A stretch of DNA of 64,000 bases from a virus (Duplodnaviria > Caudoviricetes). Each line of letters starts with the position of its first letter. The first letter of the stretch is position 1. Positions 26,663 through 37,069 of this stretch are shown here, one piece after another. The position numbers and the translations under genes are program-made. The stretch spans positions 1-64,000 of the IMG/VR virus record IMGVR_UViG_3300031853_000019. One strand, given 5' to 3'. The notes beneath the pieces were generated by a model, which saw nothing but the letters and a program-made list of their open reading frames with translations, had not been told where the DNA came from and searched no databases.

Positions 26663-27355
26663 TTAAGAGTAGAGTGCTTTCCGCATTTTCTTATGCTTTG
26701 CCATACAATATGCAAAAATTGCGGTTTCAATAATTACATCCTCAAGTCCTGTATGACTTTCAATAAAATCGGGGTTTTGTGTAATATAGCGGTAAACAGT
26801 TTCCGCTTTTACTTGCGGTCTAGGTGTCTTATGGGCGGTTACAAAACCATTCTCAAAACAAAACCGCTTGTATGTGGGAGTTTTTGCAACTACATCTTGT
26901 ACCATTTTCATAGAATCCCAAACAATAGTGCCATAAGGTAAAAACCATCTGTATTTGCTTTTGGTTTCCCATCTTTGTGTTACATTGAGTGCGGTATCGT
27001 CAAACCTTGCATTATAGGCGATAACAATATTTGTATTGTACTTTTTCATTACATCCGCTAATGTCTTGCGGATTTCATAAAGGCTTGCGACTTTTCTCTT
27101 TCCGTTTTTAATATCCTTATAATACTGCGGTAACTTATCCGCATAATATGAAGATTTCATAAGGGATTTCTCACCGAAGAAAATTCCTCTATTTACAAAG
27201 GAATATTCCTCATATATAGTGCCATGCTTATCACAAACCGCAAATCCGCAATCATATACAAACATATTATTTGCGGAAACACCCTCAAAGTCCTTGTCTA
27301 TGGGACACGTTTCGGTGTCTAACACTACATAATACTTTCTTCTCTTGTCAACCAT
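26663..27355 (-). CDS. DEDDh (DnaQ-like) 3'-5' exonuclease
   Basis: VLDTET; AYNARFD; DSM; HTGLED. Confidence 0.85.
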   Translation of the reverse strand: MVDKRRKYYVVLDTETCPIDKDFEGVSANNMFVYDCGFAVCDKHGTIYEEYSFVNRGIFFGEKSLMKSSYYADKLPQYYKDIKNGKRKVASLYEIRKTLADVMKKYNTNIVIAYNARFDDTALNVTQRWETKSKYRWFLPYGTIVWDSMKMVQDVVAKTPTYKRFCFENGFVTAHKTPRPQVKAETVYRYITQNPDFIESHTGLEDVIIETAIFAYCMAKHKKMRKALYS

Positions 27356-27590
27356 TTTCTTTTGTCCTCACTTTCTCCACCTACCTAGGTGGTTCGCTTT
27401 TTTATTTTGTAACTTAATTATACTACTTTCAGTTGAGATTGTCAAGCATTTTTTTGAATTTTTTTATTTTTGTTTTGGCTTGCTTTCTTCATCTGACATT
27501 ATTAATTATAACAGATTGGCGGGAAATTGCAATAGATAAAATGTACAAATTGCGGGAAATAAATTTGTGCAACTTTTTTTGAAAAATCAC

Positions 27591-27691
27591 TTGACAAAAC
27601 CTGCGGCAGGTGGTATAATGGAAATTCGCCCAGTTTTCGGATAAGGCACTCGAAAACTGGGCGATAAAAAAGCACCCCATTTGGGGTGCTT
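27591..27691 (+). promoter_or_regulatory. promoter-hairpin-terminator unit 2
   Basis: TTGACA 27591, TATAAT 27614; 14-bp stem 27626-27664, 11-nt loop; terminator 27670-27691. Confidence 0.8.
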
Positions 27692-27695
27692 TGTT

Positions 27696-27863
27696 TTAGA
27701 TAGCTTCTGCTCTATAAGTAGTAAACCATCCTTCATTTGCTTCTACTTGCATAGCCCATGAAAAGGCTTTATCTTCTGCTTCTCGTAAAGTTTTAGCTTT
27801 TATTGTTCTTTTATACTCTGGGTTACCAAGATCATCACAAACATAAATATTGTATAAATTCAT
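27696..27863 (-). CDS. 55-aa microprotein (below ORF-track cutoff)
   Basis: Manual translation MNLYNIYVCDDLGNPEY...; AAGGAG RBS. Confidence 0.6.
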   Translation of the reverse strand: MNLYNIYVCDDLGNPEYKRTIKAKTLREAEDKAFSWAMQVEANEGWFTTYRAEAI

Positions 27864-28081
27864 ATTAATCGCTCCTTTACTGTTCTTTATCTTCTTTGTT
27901 TTCTATCATTATTCTTGCAAGGTTAATTCCGAATAATACACCCTCTTGGAAGTCACTAAGTTCAATTTGGTTATCTTCAGTAAAAATTTTTCTTTCTTCT
28001 TCGCCTGCACGCTTTAAAAACTTTACAATCTGTTTTCTTTTTGCCATATTATTTCACTCCTTTTTTCTATGCACTTCCTGC

Positions 28082-28540
28082 CTATACGGGAAGTGCTATC
28101 TTTTCAAGTTCTGCGATTATGTCCATATTGGCATCAATCGTGTGTCCAAGTTTCCAACCCTTGCGGATTTTCTCGTTATCATCTACTAAAATCTGATAAC
28201 CGCCATTTTTTCTTGTGCAGTTTGCTTTTGTAGTTCCATACTTTACAAGGTGAATCTCGTCATACGGAAAGTCATATTTTGCAAGCCAATCAAGTTTTGC
28301 TTTTCTTATGCGGTCGTTATATTCCTTGCTACCGCTTTTTGCTAACCATGTTGTGATTGCAACTTTCCAACCTTGCGCCCTAAGGACTTTCAAAATTGCA
28401 TTGAGGATGTCCATATCATACAAAGGTTTTGCTTTCTCATAAGGTGTGGTGTCGCTTGCCTGAAGATATTCAAGCCATCCCTCTACACCATAGAAGTCTG
28501 CGATTGTGCCATCCATGTCGAATACTAAAGTTTTGTTCAT
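28082..28540 (-). CDS. HAD-family hydrolase (5'(3')-nucleotidase-like)
   Basis: FDMDGT motif I; ILVDD motif IV. Confidence 0.8.
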   Translation of the reverse strand: MNKTLVFDMDGTIADFYGVEGWLEYLQASDTTPYEKAKPLYDMDILNAILKVLRAQGWKVAITTWLAKSGSKEYNDRIRKAKLDWLAKYDFPYDEIHLVKYGTTKANCTRKNGGYQILVDDNEKIRKGWKLGHTIDANMDIIAELEKIALPV

Positions 28541-28684
28541 AGGCTTTTGCTCCTTTCCTTTTCTGTAACTTAATTATAGCAAATTTATAGCAAGTAGTCA
28601 ACCTCTAAATGCGGTTTCGTCACTTTGCACAAAAGTGATCTAGTTTTGGGATAATATTTTGTGCAAAATTTTTTAAAAAATCAC

Positions 28685-28786
28685 TTGACAAAAGTTGATA
28701 GGTATGGTATAATGAAATTTCGCCATGCAAACGGATAGTGCGCTCGTTTGCATGGCGTCAAAAAAGCACCCCATTTTGGGGTGCTT
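28685..28786 (+). promoter_or_regulatory. promoter-hairpin-terminator unit 3
   Basis: TTGACA 28685, TATAAT 28708; 13-bp stem 28721-28757, 11-nt loop; terminator 28764-28786. Confidence 0.8.
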
Positions 28787-28792
28787 GGTTAA

Positions 28793-29251
28793 TTAGTTGT
28801 CGCAATAGGCTCTAAGTTCATTTAATTCATTGATGACGTCTATTACATCATAACCCTCTGAGGTTATTGCAGTATTATGGTCAAGAGCCTGAAAGTTTCT
28901 TAATGCGTTAAGAGCATCATCTAAATATCTAAGCATACGGTCTTTCTTTTTATCCATTAAGGCTTCATTGGCTTTATTAATAAGCATTTCAAGGTCATCA
29001 TCTGTCATGTTATCAAAGTTATAAAGGTCTTTCTGCTTAGGCATTTCTGTTTCTTCACTCCTCTCTAAAATAAGTTCTAACTCATTTTCAGCAAACCAAT
29101 ATACATAATCATTTATTGTAACTTCATAGGGCAAATCTTTATCAAATTTATCCCAATCAGTAATTATGCCAATAGTACCAGCAGGTAAAGGATGGAAATA
29201 ACGATTATTTGCTATAACTGTTTTTACCTTGTCACCAACTTTAAATTTCAT
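28793..29251 (-). CDS. hypothetical with SH3-like MKFKVGDKV N-terminus
   Basis: ORF track; GAGGT RBS before ATG 29251. Confidence 0.65.
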   Translation of the reverse strand: MKFKVGDKVKTVIANNRYFHPLPAGTIGIITDWDKFDKDLPYEVTINDYVYWFAENELELILERSEETEMPKQKDLYNFDNMTDDDLEMLINKANEALMDKKKDRMLRYLDDALNALRNFQALDHNTAITSEGYDVIDVINELNELRAYCDN

Positions 29252-29493
29252 ATTATCTACCTCGCTTTCTTTTGATGTATTTATTATATCATGCAATGGG
29301 TTACTTGTCAACCTTCTATTTTATCTTTATTTGCCTCATACCAACTTTTATACATAGCAACCACACTTCCTGGATAGTATCGCTTACAAGCAGTATAAAA
29401 AACTGTCGACCAACAATGTGTATGGTTCATTAGCCAAACGATTAGCTTATTAAAAATTGTTTCTTTTATCTCGTGAAGCATTTTTTACACCCC

Positions 29494-29724
29494 CTAAATC
29501 AACTTAATAACAATCAATCCGATTGTAATTGCCGCAAAACAAGTGTTCTTAATCTTGTCTGCAATAGGTCTGCCTAACTTGAAATCTCTAATCAAATTGA
29601 TAGTGTTACCAATCAGATATGCGCCTTGACCGATAAAAAATGCCCAACCTACTGTTACCTGACCTACCAACAGTAATCCTAAAATTACATAACCCATGTT
29701 ATCCCAAAACTTTGTCTTTTCCAT
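29494..29724 (-). CDS. small membrane protein
   Basis: hydrophobic segments; ORF track. Confidence 0.65.
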   Translation of the reverse strand: MEKTKFWDNMGYVILGLLLVGQVTVGWAFFIGQGAYLIGNTINLIRDFKLGRPIADKIKNTCFAAITIGLIVIKLI

Positions 29725-29845
29725 TTTTGTTTACCTTTGCACTCGCCGTGCTCCTTTCTTTATGTTGTACTTATTATAGCATGGCGGAAAGCACTTGTCA
29801 ACACTTTTTAGGAAAATAAATAAAAAAATATTTTTAAAAAAACGC

Positions 29846-29950
29846 TTGACAAAAATCCTGGGATGTAGTATAATAGTGATTTTGGGCGGGTTGCGAAATG
29901 AAGTGGCCGCAACCCGCCCATCGAAAAGAGAAGAGCCTTTCGGCTCTTCT
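29846..29950 (+). promoter_or_regulatory. promoter-hairpin-terminator unit 4
   Basis: TTGACA 29846, TATAAT 29869; 13-bp stem 29883-29920, 12-nt loop; terminator 29929-29950. Confidence 0.8.
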
Positions 29951-29954
29951 GTAA

Positions 29955-30652
29955 CTACTCGACTTCTTCTCTAATAGACTTGAAGAAATCTTCTACAATA
30001 TCAGTGATTTTATTTGAGGTTTGTGAGTCAACCATAGCGAATTTTAAAAGAAAATCGTAGGTTCCATAAACTTGTGAAAGTTCTCTTAAAATATTATCTT
30101 TTTTTTCGTTAACATATTCTTCAAATTCAAGAACCATTTCTTCCATAACAATCATCTCTTTATCATCCATTTTCATCTACCTCTCTTTCTTAATAAGTGT
30201 CCCAACCAAGCATTTCCGCCTCTTCTTCGGTAACTGTACCAAAGCACTTAGGCTCATCAAAATACTGCTTTGCAATCTCGATTGCTTCTTCTTTAGTGTT
30301 TGCTTCTACTAAGAAATCCTCTCCTGTTACTCTGTCATTAAATTCGTAGGTCATGTTTACTACCTCTCTTTCATTTGATGTATTTATTATAACATCAATC
30401 TTCACTTTTGTCAATAGGTTTTTCCCAATTTACCCAATTTTTTAATGCGTATTCTGTAAGTTCTTTTGCATGAAATGGAAATGTCAATTTGCTTGCACAT
30501 TCCAAAAGCCACTGAAAAACTTGATACTCTTTTTCAATGAAATCAACTGTTTTAAAGTCGTTCATGTGGAAAACTGAATCGGGATGCTTAGTGCTTGCCG
30601 CCCATAATTCACATACATAATCATTCTCATCATTCTTATAAACTTTAATCAT
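29955..30652 (-). CDS. three small hypothetical ORFs (29955-30176, 30190-30354, 30395-30652)
   Basis: ORF track; GAGGT RBSs. Confidence 0.65.
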
Positions 30653-30897
30653 TTTGTTTTACCTCTCTTTCTTTTGCTACCAACCATGATGGGAGAAAGC
30701 GGAATTAGTATTACTGTTATTAGTGTAATGATATCGTACATCTGCGACAACCCCCTTTCTCTTTATCTGTTGTACTTATTATAGCAAAAAATGGCGGGAA
30801 TGTCAAGCGAAAATTGCTTCACAAAAGGGTTTAATTAGTTTGAGATTTAGTAGGTTTTAATGGGATCCGATAAGAAACACATTTCTTTAAAAAATCG

Positions 30898-31004
30898 TTG
30901 ACAAAATGTTGGAAGTGTAGTATAATGTTAAATTCGGCTCAGATGCAGCTTTAGCGCCCGCATCTGAGCCGTCCAAAAGGAAAGGCACTCCAAATGGAGT
31001 GCCT
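30898..31004 (+). promoter_or_regulatory. promoter-hairpin-terminator unit 5
   Basis: TTGACA 30898, TATAAT 30921; 12-bp stem 30935-30971, 13-nt loop; terminator 30983-31004. Confidence 0.8.
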
Positions 31005-31034
31005 AGGAAAGGAGGTTAAACATATCTGTATGAG

Positions 31035-31134
31035 TGGAGGAGGTGGGAGTCGAACCCACGAACCAGACGGTTTGCGTGTCTGCGCTATTGCCTTTCAGCT
31101 TCGGCGGCGAAGGTACCCTTTCGCTTACACCCCC
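31035..31134 (-). ncRNA. 100-nt tRNA/tmRNA-like RNA with Ala identity elements and no canonical D or anticodon arm
   Basis: GGGGGTG/CTCCTCC-A acceptor with G3:U70 and A73; GTGGG-TTCGACT-CCCAC T arm; three internal hairpins. Confidence 0.65.
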
Positions 31135-31189
31135 AAATTTTTAAGCCTGACCCCCTAGCCCCATGACTAGGGGGAGGAACTTTTTAAGA

Positions 31190-31552
31190 CTACTCTGCGT
31201 CCTCGAAAGGATTTACAGAGAACTGAGCCTTATTCTTGCCCTTTGCAGGCTTGTTGAAGATTTCGCCATTGGCTACCATCACCTTCATTCTAGCGGAAAC
31301 CTTCTGAACACTGAGGTCAGTTGCCTTTGCAATCTCGGTTGCGGTTGCAACCTTACCATCTGCAAGGAACTCTGCGATAGTATCCATCTCGGCTCTGCGC
31401 TCTGCTTCTACCTTCTCGGATACTCCACCCTTAGAGTTTCTCTTATCAAGCTGAGCAATCATCTTCTCGATAACTGCCTTCTCACCCTCGGTGAAATCCA
31501 TCTCAAGTGCCTTTGTAAGAACTTCCTTCTTAGTAATCTCTACCTTTGCCAT
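31190..31552 (-). CDS. winged-helix DNA-binding protein, paralog family member 4
   Basis: ITKKE...IEKMIAQLDKRN...ATATEIA..TDLSVQKVSARMKVM. Confidence 0.65.
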   Translation of the reverse strand: MAKVEITKKEVLTKALEMDFTEGEKAVIEKMIAQLDKRNSKGGVSEKVEAERRAEMDTIAEFLADGKVATATEIAKATDLSVQKVSARMKVMVANGEIFNKPAKGKNKAQFSVNPFEDAE

Positions 31553-32029
31553 AATTATCTACCTCTTTCTTTCTTTATTTTGTAAGTTTATTATATCAGA
31601 TTTTTTCTTGTTTGTCAAGAAGTTTTTTTATTTTTTTGATGTCCTAGTGGGAACTTGGCTAGACATCCCGTGGTCGATTTCATTGGCGCCCCATGTGGTT
31701 CCCGACCTATTAGCGCCCCTCACACGAGGTATTCCTATCGGGTTTATTTAGTTTGGCGGTGCTCTCATGCGTGTCACATCCTTTCCTTATCTTATGTACT
31801 TATTATAGCACATCTTTTTAAGTTTGTCAACAAGTTTTTTTAATTTTTTTAAGATTGTCTGCCTAGTGTTTTCTCATTTCGCGCGACAGTAGGAGTTTGC
31901 ACTTAGTCTTTTAAGACGCTCTTTCCTTACCTTGTAAACTAATTATAGCAAAATTTTTTGTATTTTGCAAGTAGTAATGTTGCACAAAATATTGGGATCA
32001 AAATTGTACAGTTTTTTAACAGAAAATGC

Positions 32030-32133
32030 TTGACAAAAAACCTGGAGCTGTGGTATAATGGAATTTCGACGCTCGCACGGGTAAGGCATCCGTGCTCGCG
32101 GCGTCAAAAAAGAAGGTGCTCCCGCACCTTCTT
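32030..32133 (+). promoter_or_regulatory. promoter-hairpin-terminator unit 6
   Basis: TTGACA 32030, TATAAT 32054; interrupted stem 32068-32105; terminator 32110-32133. Confidence 0.75.
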
Positions 32134-32298
32134 GCTTATTTTTCAAGTATTAGTCCTCTACTATTTCTTTCTCTGTAATTTTAACAGGTCTGCACCCATC
32201 AAAATCTTCATCGCTCATAAACTTCTGAAGTGCTTCTTTTATGTCGTTAGCCGTAAATCCTACGGTGCCTACAAAATCAATCTCATAAATCGTCATTT

Positions 32299-32703
32299 TT
32301 AATCCTCACTTTCTTCTTTATCTGCCTTTATAAGTTTAGGATAGATGCCGTGAACACCTGACCAAAAAATCGTCCATAATTGTTTATTTCTTTTTTTCCT
32401 AATTTTAAGGTCTAGACAATCATCTTCTTTCAGAAGTTCGATTGCTCTTTCTTTTGCTTGTTTATAAGTTTTGTAAACTTCTTCGTATTCCATTCTCTTG
32501 CTCCTTTCCTTTACTGTAACTACATTATAACAAATTTGATTTTATCTGTCAAGCATTTTTTCACATCTTTCAAAATTTTTACAGTGTTGACATGAATGAA
32601 CCTTGTGCTTTCTTTTAAGACATATGCTTTCGCCTACATCATTCATGGGTTTGTAGTTATTATAACCAAAGTATTTACAATTTGAGCAAATCTTCTTCTC
32701 CAT
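32299..32703 (-). CDS. two small ORFs (32299-32493; 32542-32703, Cys-rich)
   Basis: ORF track; identical AAGGAGCAAGAGAATGGA leaders. Confidence 0.6.
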
Positions 32704-32806
32704 TCTCTTGCTCCCTTCCTTTACTGTAAATAAATTATAGCACAAGTATGATTAAAAGTCAAGCATTTTAGGAAAAATAATTTAAAAAATTTTTTCAATT
32801 TTTCTC

Positions 32807-32908
32807 TTGACAAAAGTTGACGAAGGTGGTATAATGGTTAATTCGGCCGGCTTGCAGACTTGGCGCCCGCAAGCCGGCCGAGAAAAAGAGAGAGTGCAAA
32901 GCACTCCC
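32807..32908 (+). promoter_or_regulatory. promoter-hairpin-terminator unit 7
   Basis: TTGACA 32807, TATAAT 32830; 13-bp stem 32843-32881, 13-nt loop; terminator about 32890-32908. Confidence 0.8.
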
Positions 32909-33637
32909 TGTCAATTGCTACTTAAATTACAAGGGTTACATTTAATGGAAATACTACATCGAAGGAATTGAAATAGTATCTTTTTCCATTCTCTAAACTG
33001 ATTGTATTTGCATCATCACAATTCTCTGTTTCCTCAAGTTTTATAAAAATTCTATCAGTCGTCATATCTCTCTTTCTGACTTATCTGAAAAAACTGCCCC
33101 AGGTTTAAGATCTGCAAAATAATACTGCTTGTTATAATTGCCAATATCAATTTTCATTTTATCTACCTCTTTTTTTAGGGTGCGTGCTTATGCACGCTCC
33201 CTCAACTTCTCTCTCAACTTTGCTACCCTTTCCGCATTATAGCGGGCATGGTCGCTAGAACTTTCAATCAACTTTGCAACCGCATTAGCAGGTGCTTCCG
33301 CCTTTGTCTTGTAAGTTACTCCATTTGCTTCGTAAACTAAATCTCTCATAGTGTTTACCTCTCTTTCTTTTTACTATAATCATTATAGCATTTTCTTTTC
33401 CTTTTGTCAACACTTTTTTATCTTTTGTTAGACCCCTACTCAAAGGGGTCTAACTTCGCCCAATACAGGGCTTCGGCGGGGGATAAACCCTCTCGCCTAT
33501 ACACGCGGAACCAATCGTAAAGTGTCATCATAGTGTTGTCCTCCTTTATCCTTTCGATGTACTTATTATAACATCCATCTGGTTGTTTGTCAAGCAATTT
33601 TGGGAAATTTATTAAAAAAATTTTTTAAAATTTTTCC

Positions 33638-33743
33638 TTGACAAAATAGACCGTGATGTGGTATAATAGTGAATTCGCTGCGGTTGCGAAATAAGTGCAC
33701 GCAACCGCAGCGTCAAAAAAAGAAGGTGCTCCTGCACCTTCTT
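33638..33743 (+). promoter_or_regulatory. promoter-hairpin-terminator unit 8
   Basis: TTGACA 33638, TATAAT 33662; 13-bp stem 33676-33712, 11-nt loop; terminator 33720-33743. Confidence 0.8.
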
Positions 33744-33745
33744 AA

Positions 33746-34472
33746 TTAGTATTCAAAGATAACTTCATCATTTTCAGAATGAACTGCGTAAACCTCTTCA
33801 ACTTCACCCGCTCCCGCTTTTAGAATATCTCGAACATTATCTTCTAACTCATCAGCAAGTTCTTCGGTGAAAGTTTCCCAAGGGATTAAAGCCTTATACT
33901 TATCATCTACTTCAATTTCTTTTGTGGCTCCATAATACACTTTTACTTTCATTTTTAGTCCTCACTTTCATGAATCGCTTTGTATCGGCTTCCAATCTCT
34001 CCATCTAATGCGGTTAAGATATCTGAAAGACTGAAGCAAAAACAGTCGCCTGCAAAAGATGAATACATTTCTACATTAATAGTATCTCTTTCTTCTGGAG
34101 TAGTAGTACACTCTAAGTTATCGCAAATCCCTTCAAGAATTTTAATCTCTCTTCTTTTCTCTCTGTTATCAAGAGCCTTTTGAATTTCTTTAAGGGCTTT
34201 CTTTAAATCCTCTGTTGAATAATCATCGTATGACATTTTAATTCTCCTTTCTACTCTCCAAAAATCTTTTCTTGACAAGAGGGGCAGAACCCAGTAATCA
34301 AGAATTCTCTAGTTACTATGGGTACATTAGGCATAGCCTTTTGAATAAGGGCGCCCTCATCTGCCCACTTGGTAAACCCCTCGGTATCAACAGAAACCTG
34401 ATTGTATTGTCCACAAAGTGGGCATCTTTCTTTTACTACCGTACTAAGTTCATCTTGATAAATTATTACCAT
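33746..34472 (-). CDS. three small ORFs (33746-33952, 33955-34236, 34251-34472 Zn ribbon)
   Basis: ORF track; 33746 ORF paralogous to 34855 ORF (MK.KVY....E.EVDDK). Confidence 0.65.
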
Positions 34473-34776
34473 AATGTTTACCGCCTTTCTTTATCTTGAT
34501 ACTATTGTATCATAGGGTATGCTTTTTGTCAAGCATTATTCTCGTTTTCTCTAGGGAAGTTGCCGTTCGGCAGTTGGCTATTTTCTAATTCCCGCCTGTC
34601 CTCTAAACAAGAACTGTACTTTTCACCATCTGTTGCGAACTATCTCTTTGAAGGGGCTTCACTTCCCGTATCTCCCTTCTGTGATTATAATATATCACAT
34701 TCTAAAGCGGGTTGCAATAGACAAGTTGCACAAAATTACGGGAATGGGTTTGTACAAAATTTATATTAAAAAGTGC

Positions 34777-34849
34777 TTGACAAATGTTGCGGCTCATGGT
34801 ATAATGGATTTTTGGCGCGGCTCGATGACCTGCGGCCGGAGCCGCGCCA
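34777..34849 (+). promoter_or_regulatory. promoter-hairpin unit 9 (no separate terminator seen)
   Basis: TTGACA 34777, TATAAT 34800; 11-bp stem 34813-34849. Confidence 0.75.
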
Positions 34850-34854
34850 CCGAC

Positions 34855-35064
34855 CTAATCTTCATAAAGAGGATATTCGGTTGCCATGTCCTCTACGTAG
34901 ACAATGTTTGAGTAGGCCGTGTTCAGTTCGTTTGCAATAGTATCCATTAGCTCCTTTGAGAGAGGTATGTAGGTGTTAATGTCTGTATCTGGCTTTGTTA
35001 AGTCGGTAAACTTGTCGTCTACTTCCATTTCTGTGATGATGTTGTGATAGACTTTGATTTTCAT
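34855..35064 (-). CDS. small acidic hypothetical protein
   Basis: ORF track; paralog of 33746-33952. Confidence 0.65.
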   Translation of the reverse strand: MKIKVYHNIITEMEVDDKFTDLTKPDTDINTYIPLSKELMDTIANELNTAYSNIVYVEDMATEYPLYED

Positions 35065-35384
35065 GGCAGCCACCTCTACTTCCTTTTATCTCTTGTTTCT
35101 ACATAGTCGCAAATCAATGCGGCAAGTCCAAAGAATAAACAGATAATTCCCATGTTTACAAAATATGCGCTCATTTAGTTTACCTCTCTTTCATTTACTA
35201 TAATTATTATAACAAATTTGTTTTTATTTGTCAATAAGTTTTTTTATTTCTTGTTCAAGGATCTGCGGGAAAGCGCCCTCATTCTTTCGTGGGGTTGTCG
35301 GTCTAGGTGAAGTTGACCAGCTTTCCCGCTTGTCCTTATATATAGGAAAGGCTTTTGTAATTCTATAAATCTTTTGCATGTAAC

Positions 35385-35576
35385 CTACTCCTCATCTTCT
35401 TCGAAGTAGGCTACTAATGCAACACCAGGGACTTTATATACTTCCCACCAACCGCCATATGCCTCAACTGAAGCTATATGGTCATCGGTGATGGGGCATA
35501 TATCACTTGCCTCAACCTCAACAACATCTGCGGTTACCATTGTTCCATCCTCTAAAAACCAAGTAAGTGTTCTCAT
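35385..35576 (-). CDS. small acidic hypothetical protein
   Basis: ORF track; GAGGT RBS; own promoter. Confidence 0.65.
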   Translation of the reverse strand: MRTLTWFLEDGTMVTADVVEVEASDICPITDDHIASVEAYGGWWEVYKVPGVALVAYFEEDEE

Positions 35577-35839
35577 ATGTATTACCTCTCTTCCTCTTTT
35601 GATATACTTATTATATCATGGAGGGTTGATTTTGTCAACCCTCAATTTCAATTTTTTTCAAGTTTCCGTATCTTTTCTGAAAATTGATAACCTCAACTCC
35701 ATTAAGTTTTCCGTTTGTCCAAACGATGTTTCTTTCAAATGTGTACTTATACATAACCTTTTACCTTTCAACCTTGCGGTTGTCCTTTCCTTACCTTGTA
35801 AACCAATTATAACATCATCAATTCTGTTTGTCAATAGAG

Positions 35840-35881
35840 TTATCAACAAGTTTTCCACAAAATTCAAAAAAGTTATCAACA
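35840..35881 (+). promoter_or_regulatory. DnaA-box-like cluster 1 (others at 36443-36474 and 37584-37625)
   Basis: TTATCAACA, TTTTCCACA, TTATCAACA in the same order and orientation in all three clusters. Confidence 0.6.
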
Positions 35882-35947
35882 TTTTCTTTTGTGCAAAGTG
35901 ATGAATTTTCAGGATCAAATTTGTGCAAAATAACAACGAAAAACTGC

Positions 35948-36060
35948 TTGACAAATGTCGCTGGCTATGATATAATGGAATGGCGTCGCGCCAACAATTT
36001 CATAGGCCGTTGGCGCGACGCCAAACAAAAAACAAAAAAGGAAGTGCTCACCGCACTCCC
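35948..36060 (+). promoter_or_regulatory. promoter-hairpin-terminator unit 10
   Basis: TTGACA 35948, TATAAT 35971; 15-bp stem 35981-36023, 13-nt loop; terminator about 36040-36060. Confidence 0.8.
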
Positions 36061-36540
36061 TTAATCTCAACTGTGAAGCCTGCTTTTTCAAGTTCCTTTA
36101 CATTAACCTCATCGAGTCTTACTTCGCCTACTATGATTCCATTTACTCTTACTAATGCCATTTTGTTTACCTTCCTTTTCCTTTTGATATGGTTATTATA
36201 TCATGTTTAATTAGGTTTGTCAACTGTTTTTTATTTGGTGGCTACTAGCAGTAGTAGCCACCAATCATAGCAACAAGGTACTGTGCTTCTTCCTCTGTGC
36301 TACACTCTGTTACAGGGATCCCCTGCTCATTGAATACTGTCCAAAGTCCTTCTACCATAATCTTTTACCTTTCACCGATCCGGTGTCCTTTCCTTTACTG
36401 TAACTAAAGTATATCACACACCGCCCACCTTGTCAACAGAAGTTATCAACAAGTTTTCCACAAAGTTATCAACAAGATCCTTTGGTAGAATTGCACAAAA
36501 TTCGGGATCTAGGTTTGTGCAAAATTTTTGAAAAAAACAC

Positions 36541-36665
36541 TTGACAAATTTCGCCCACTATGTTATAATGGAATCCCGACGCGCAAACGATTTCATAGGC
36601 CGTTTGCGCGTCGCCAATTCGCATATGCAATAAAAATAATAGGGTAGGCGTTCCCGCCTACCCTT
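36541..36665 (+). promoter_or_regulatory. promoter-hairpin-terminator unit 11
   Basis: TTGACA 36541, TATAAT 36564; 13-bp stem 36577-36613, 11-nt loop; terminator 36640-36665. Confidence 0.8.
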
Positions 36666-36672
36666 ATATGCT

Positions 36673-36995
36673 CTATGCAAGTGATACAGCCGAGAGCTTT
36701 TCATTGATGGCTCCCCAATCCTCGCTTCTCGCTGTGACCTCTACCTTATAGCAGTTCATTTCGATGATTTCCTTGCTAACGAAGGCGGGAAACTCATTGA
36801 TAACCGCACTCAGCACTCCGCTATTTACTGCGCTATTGCTCATATAGTATGTCTTACTCTTCATAACATTCACCTTTCCTTTCTCTATGTGTACTACTAC
36901 TCCATCATGGAGTAGTAGTAAGCCTGCTCTGCAAGCGCCTCTTCTGCATATGCCTCAAGTTCCTCGTCTGTCATTTCCTCGAACCAATTTTCCAT
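36673..36995 (-). CDS. two small ORFs (36673-36864; 36897-36995, a 32-aa very acidic peptide MENWFEEMTDEELEAY...)
   Basis: ORF track plus manual translation; GAAAGGTG RBSs. Confidence 0.55.
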
Positions 36996-37069
36996 GTTTT
37001 TCACCTTTCAAGCCTTTGGCTTGCCTTTCCTTTACTGTATCTTTATTATAGCATGGGTTGACTATTTTG

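Noticed and set aside
31035-31134. Ordinary tmRNA or tRNA-Ala
   Set aside because: No tag reading frame or pseudoknots within 100 nt; no 7-nt loop with a TGC/GGC anticodon
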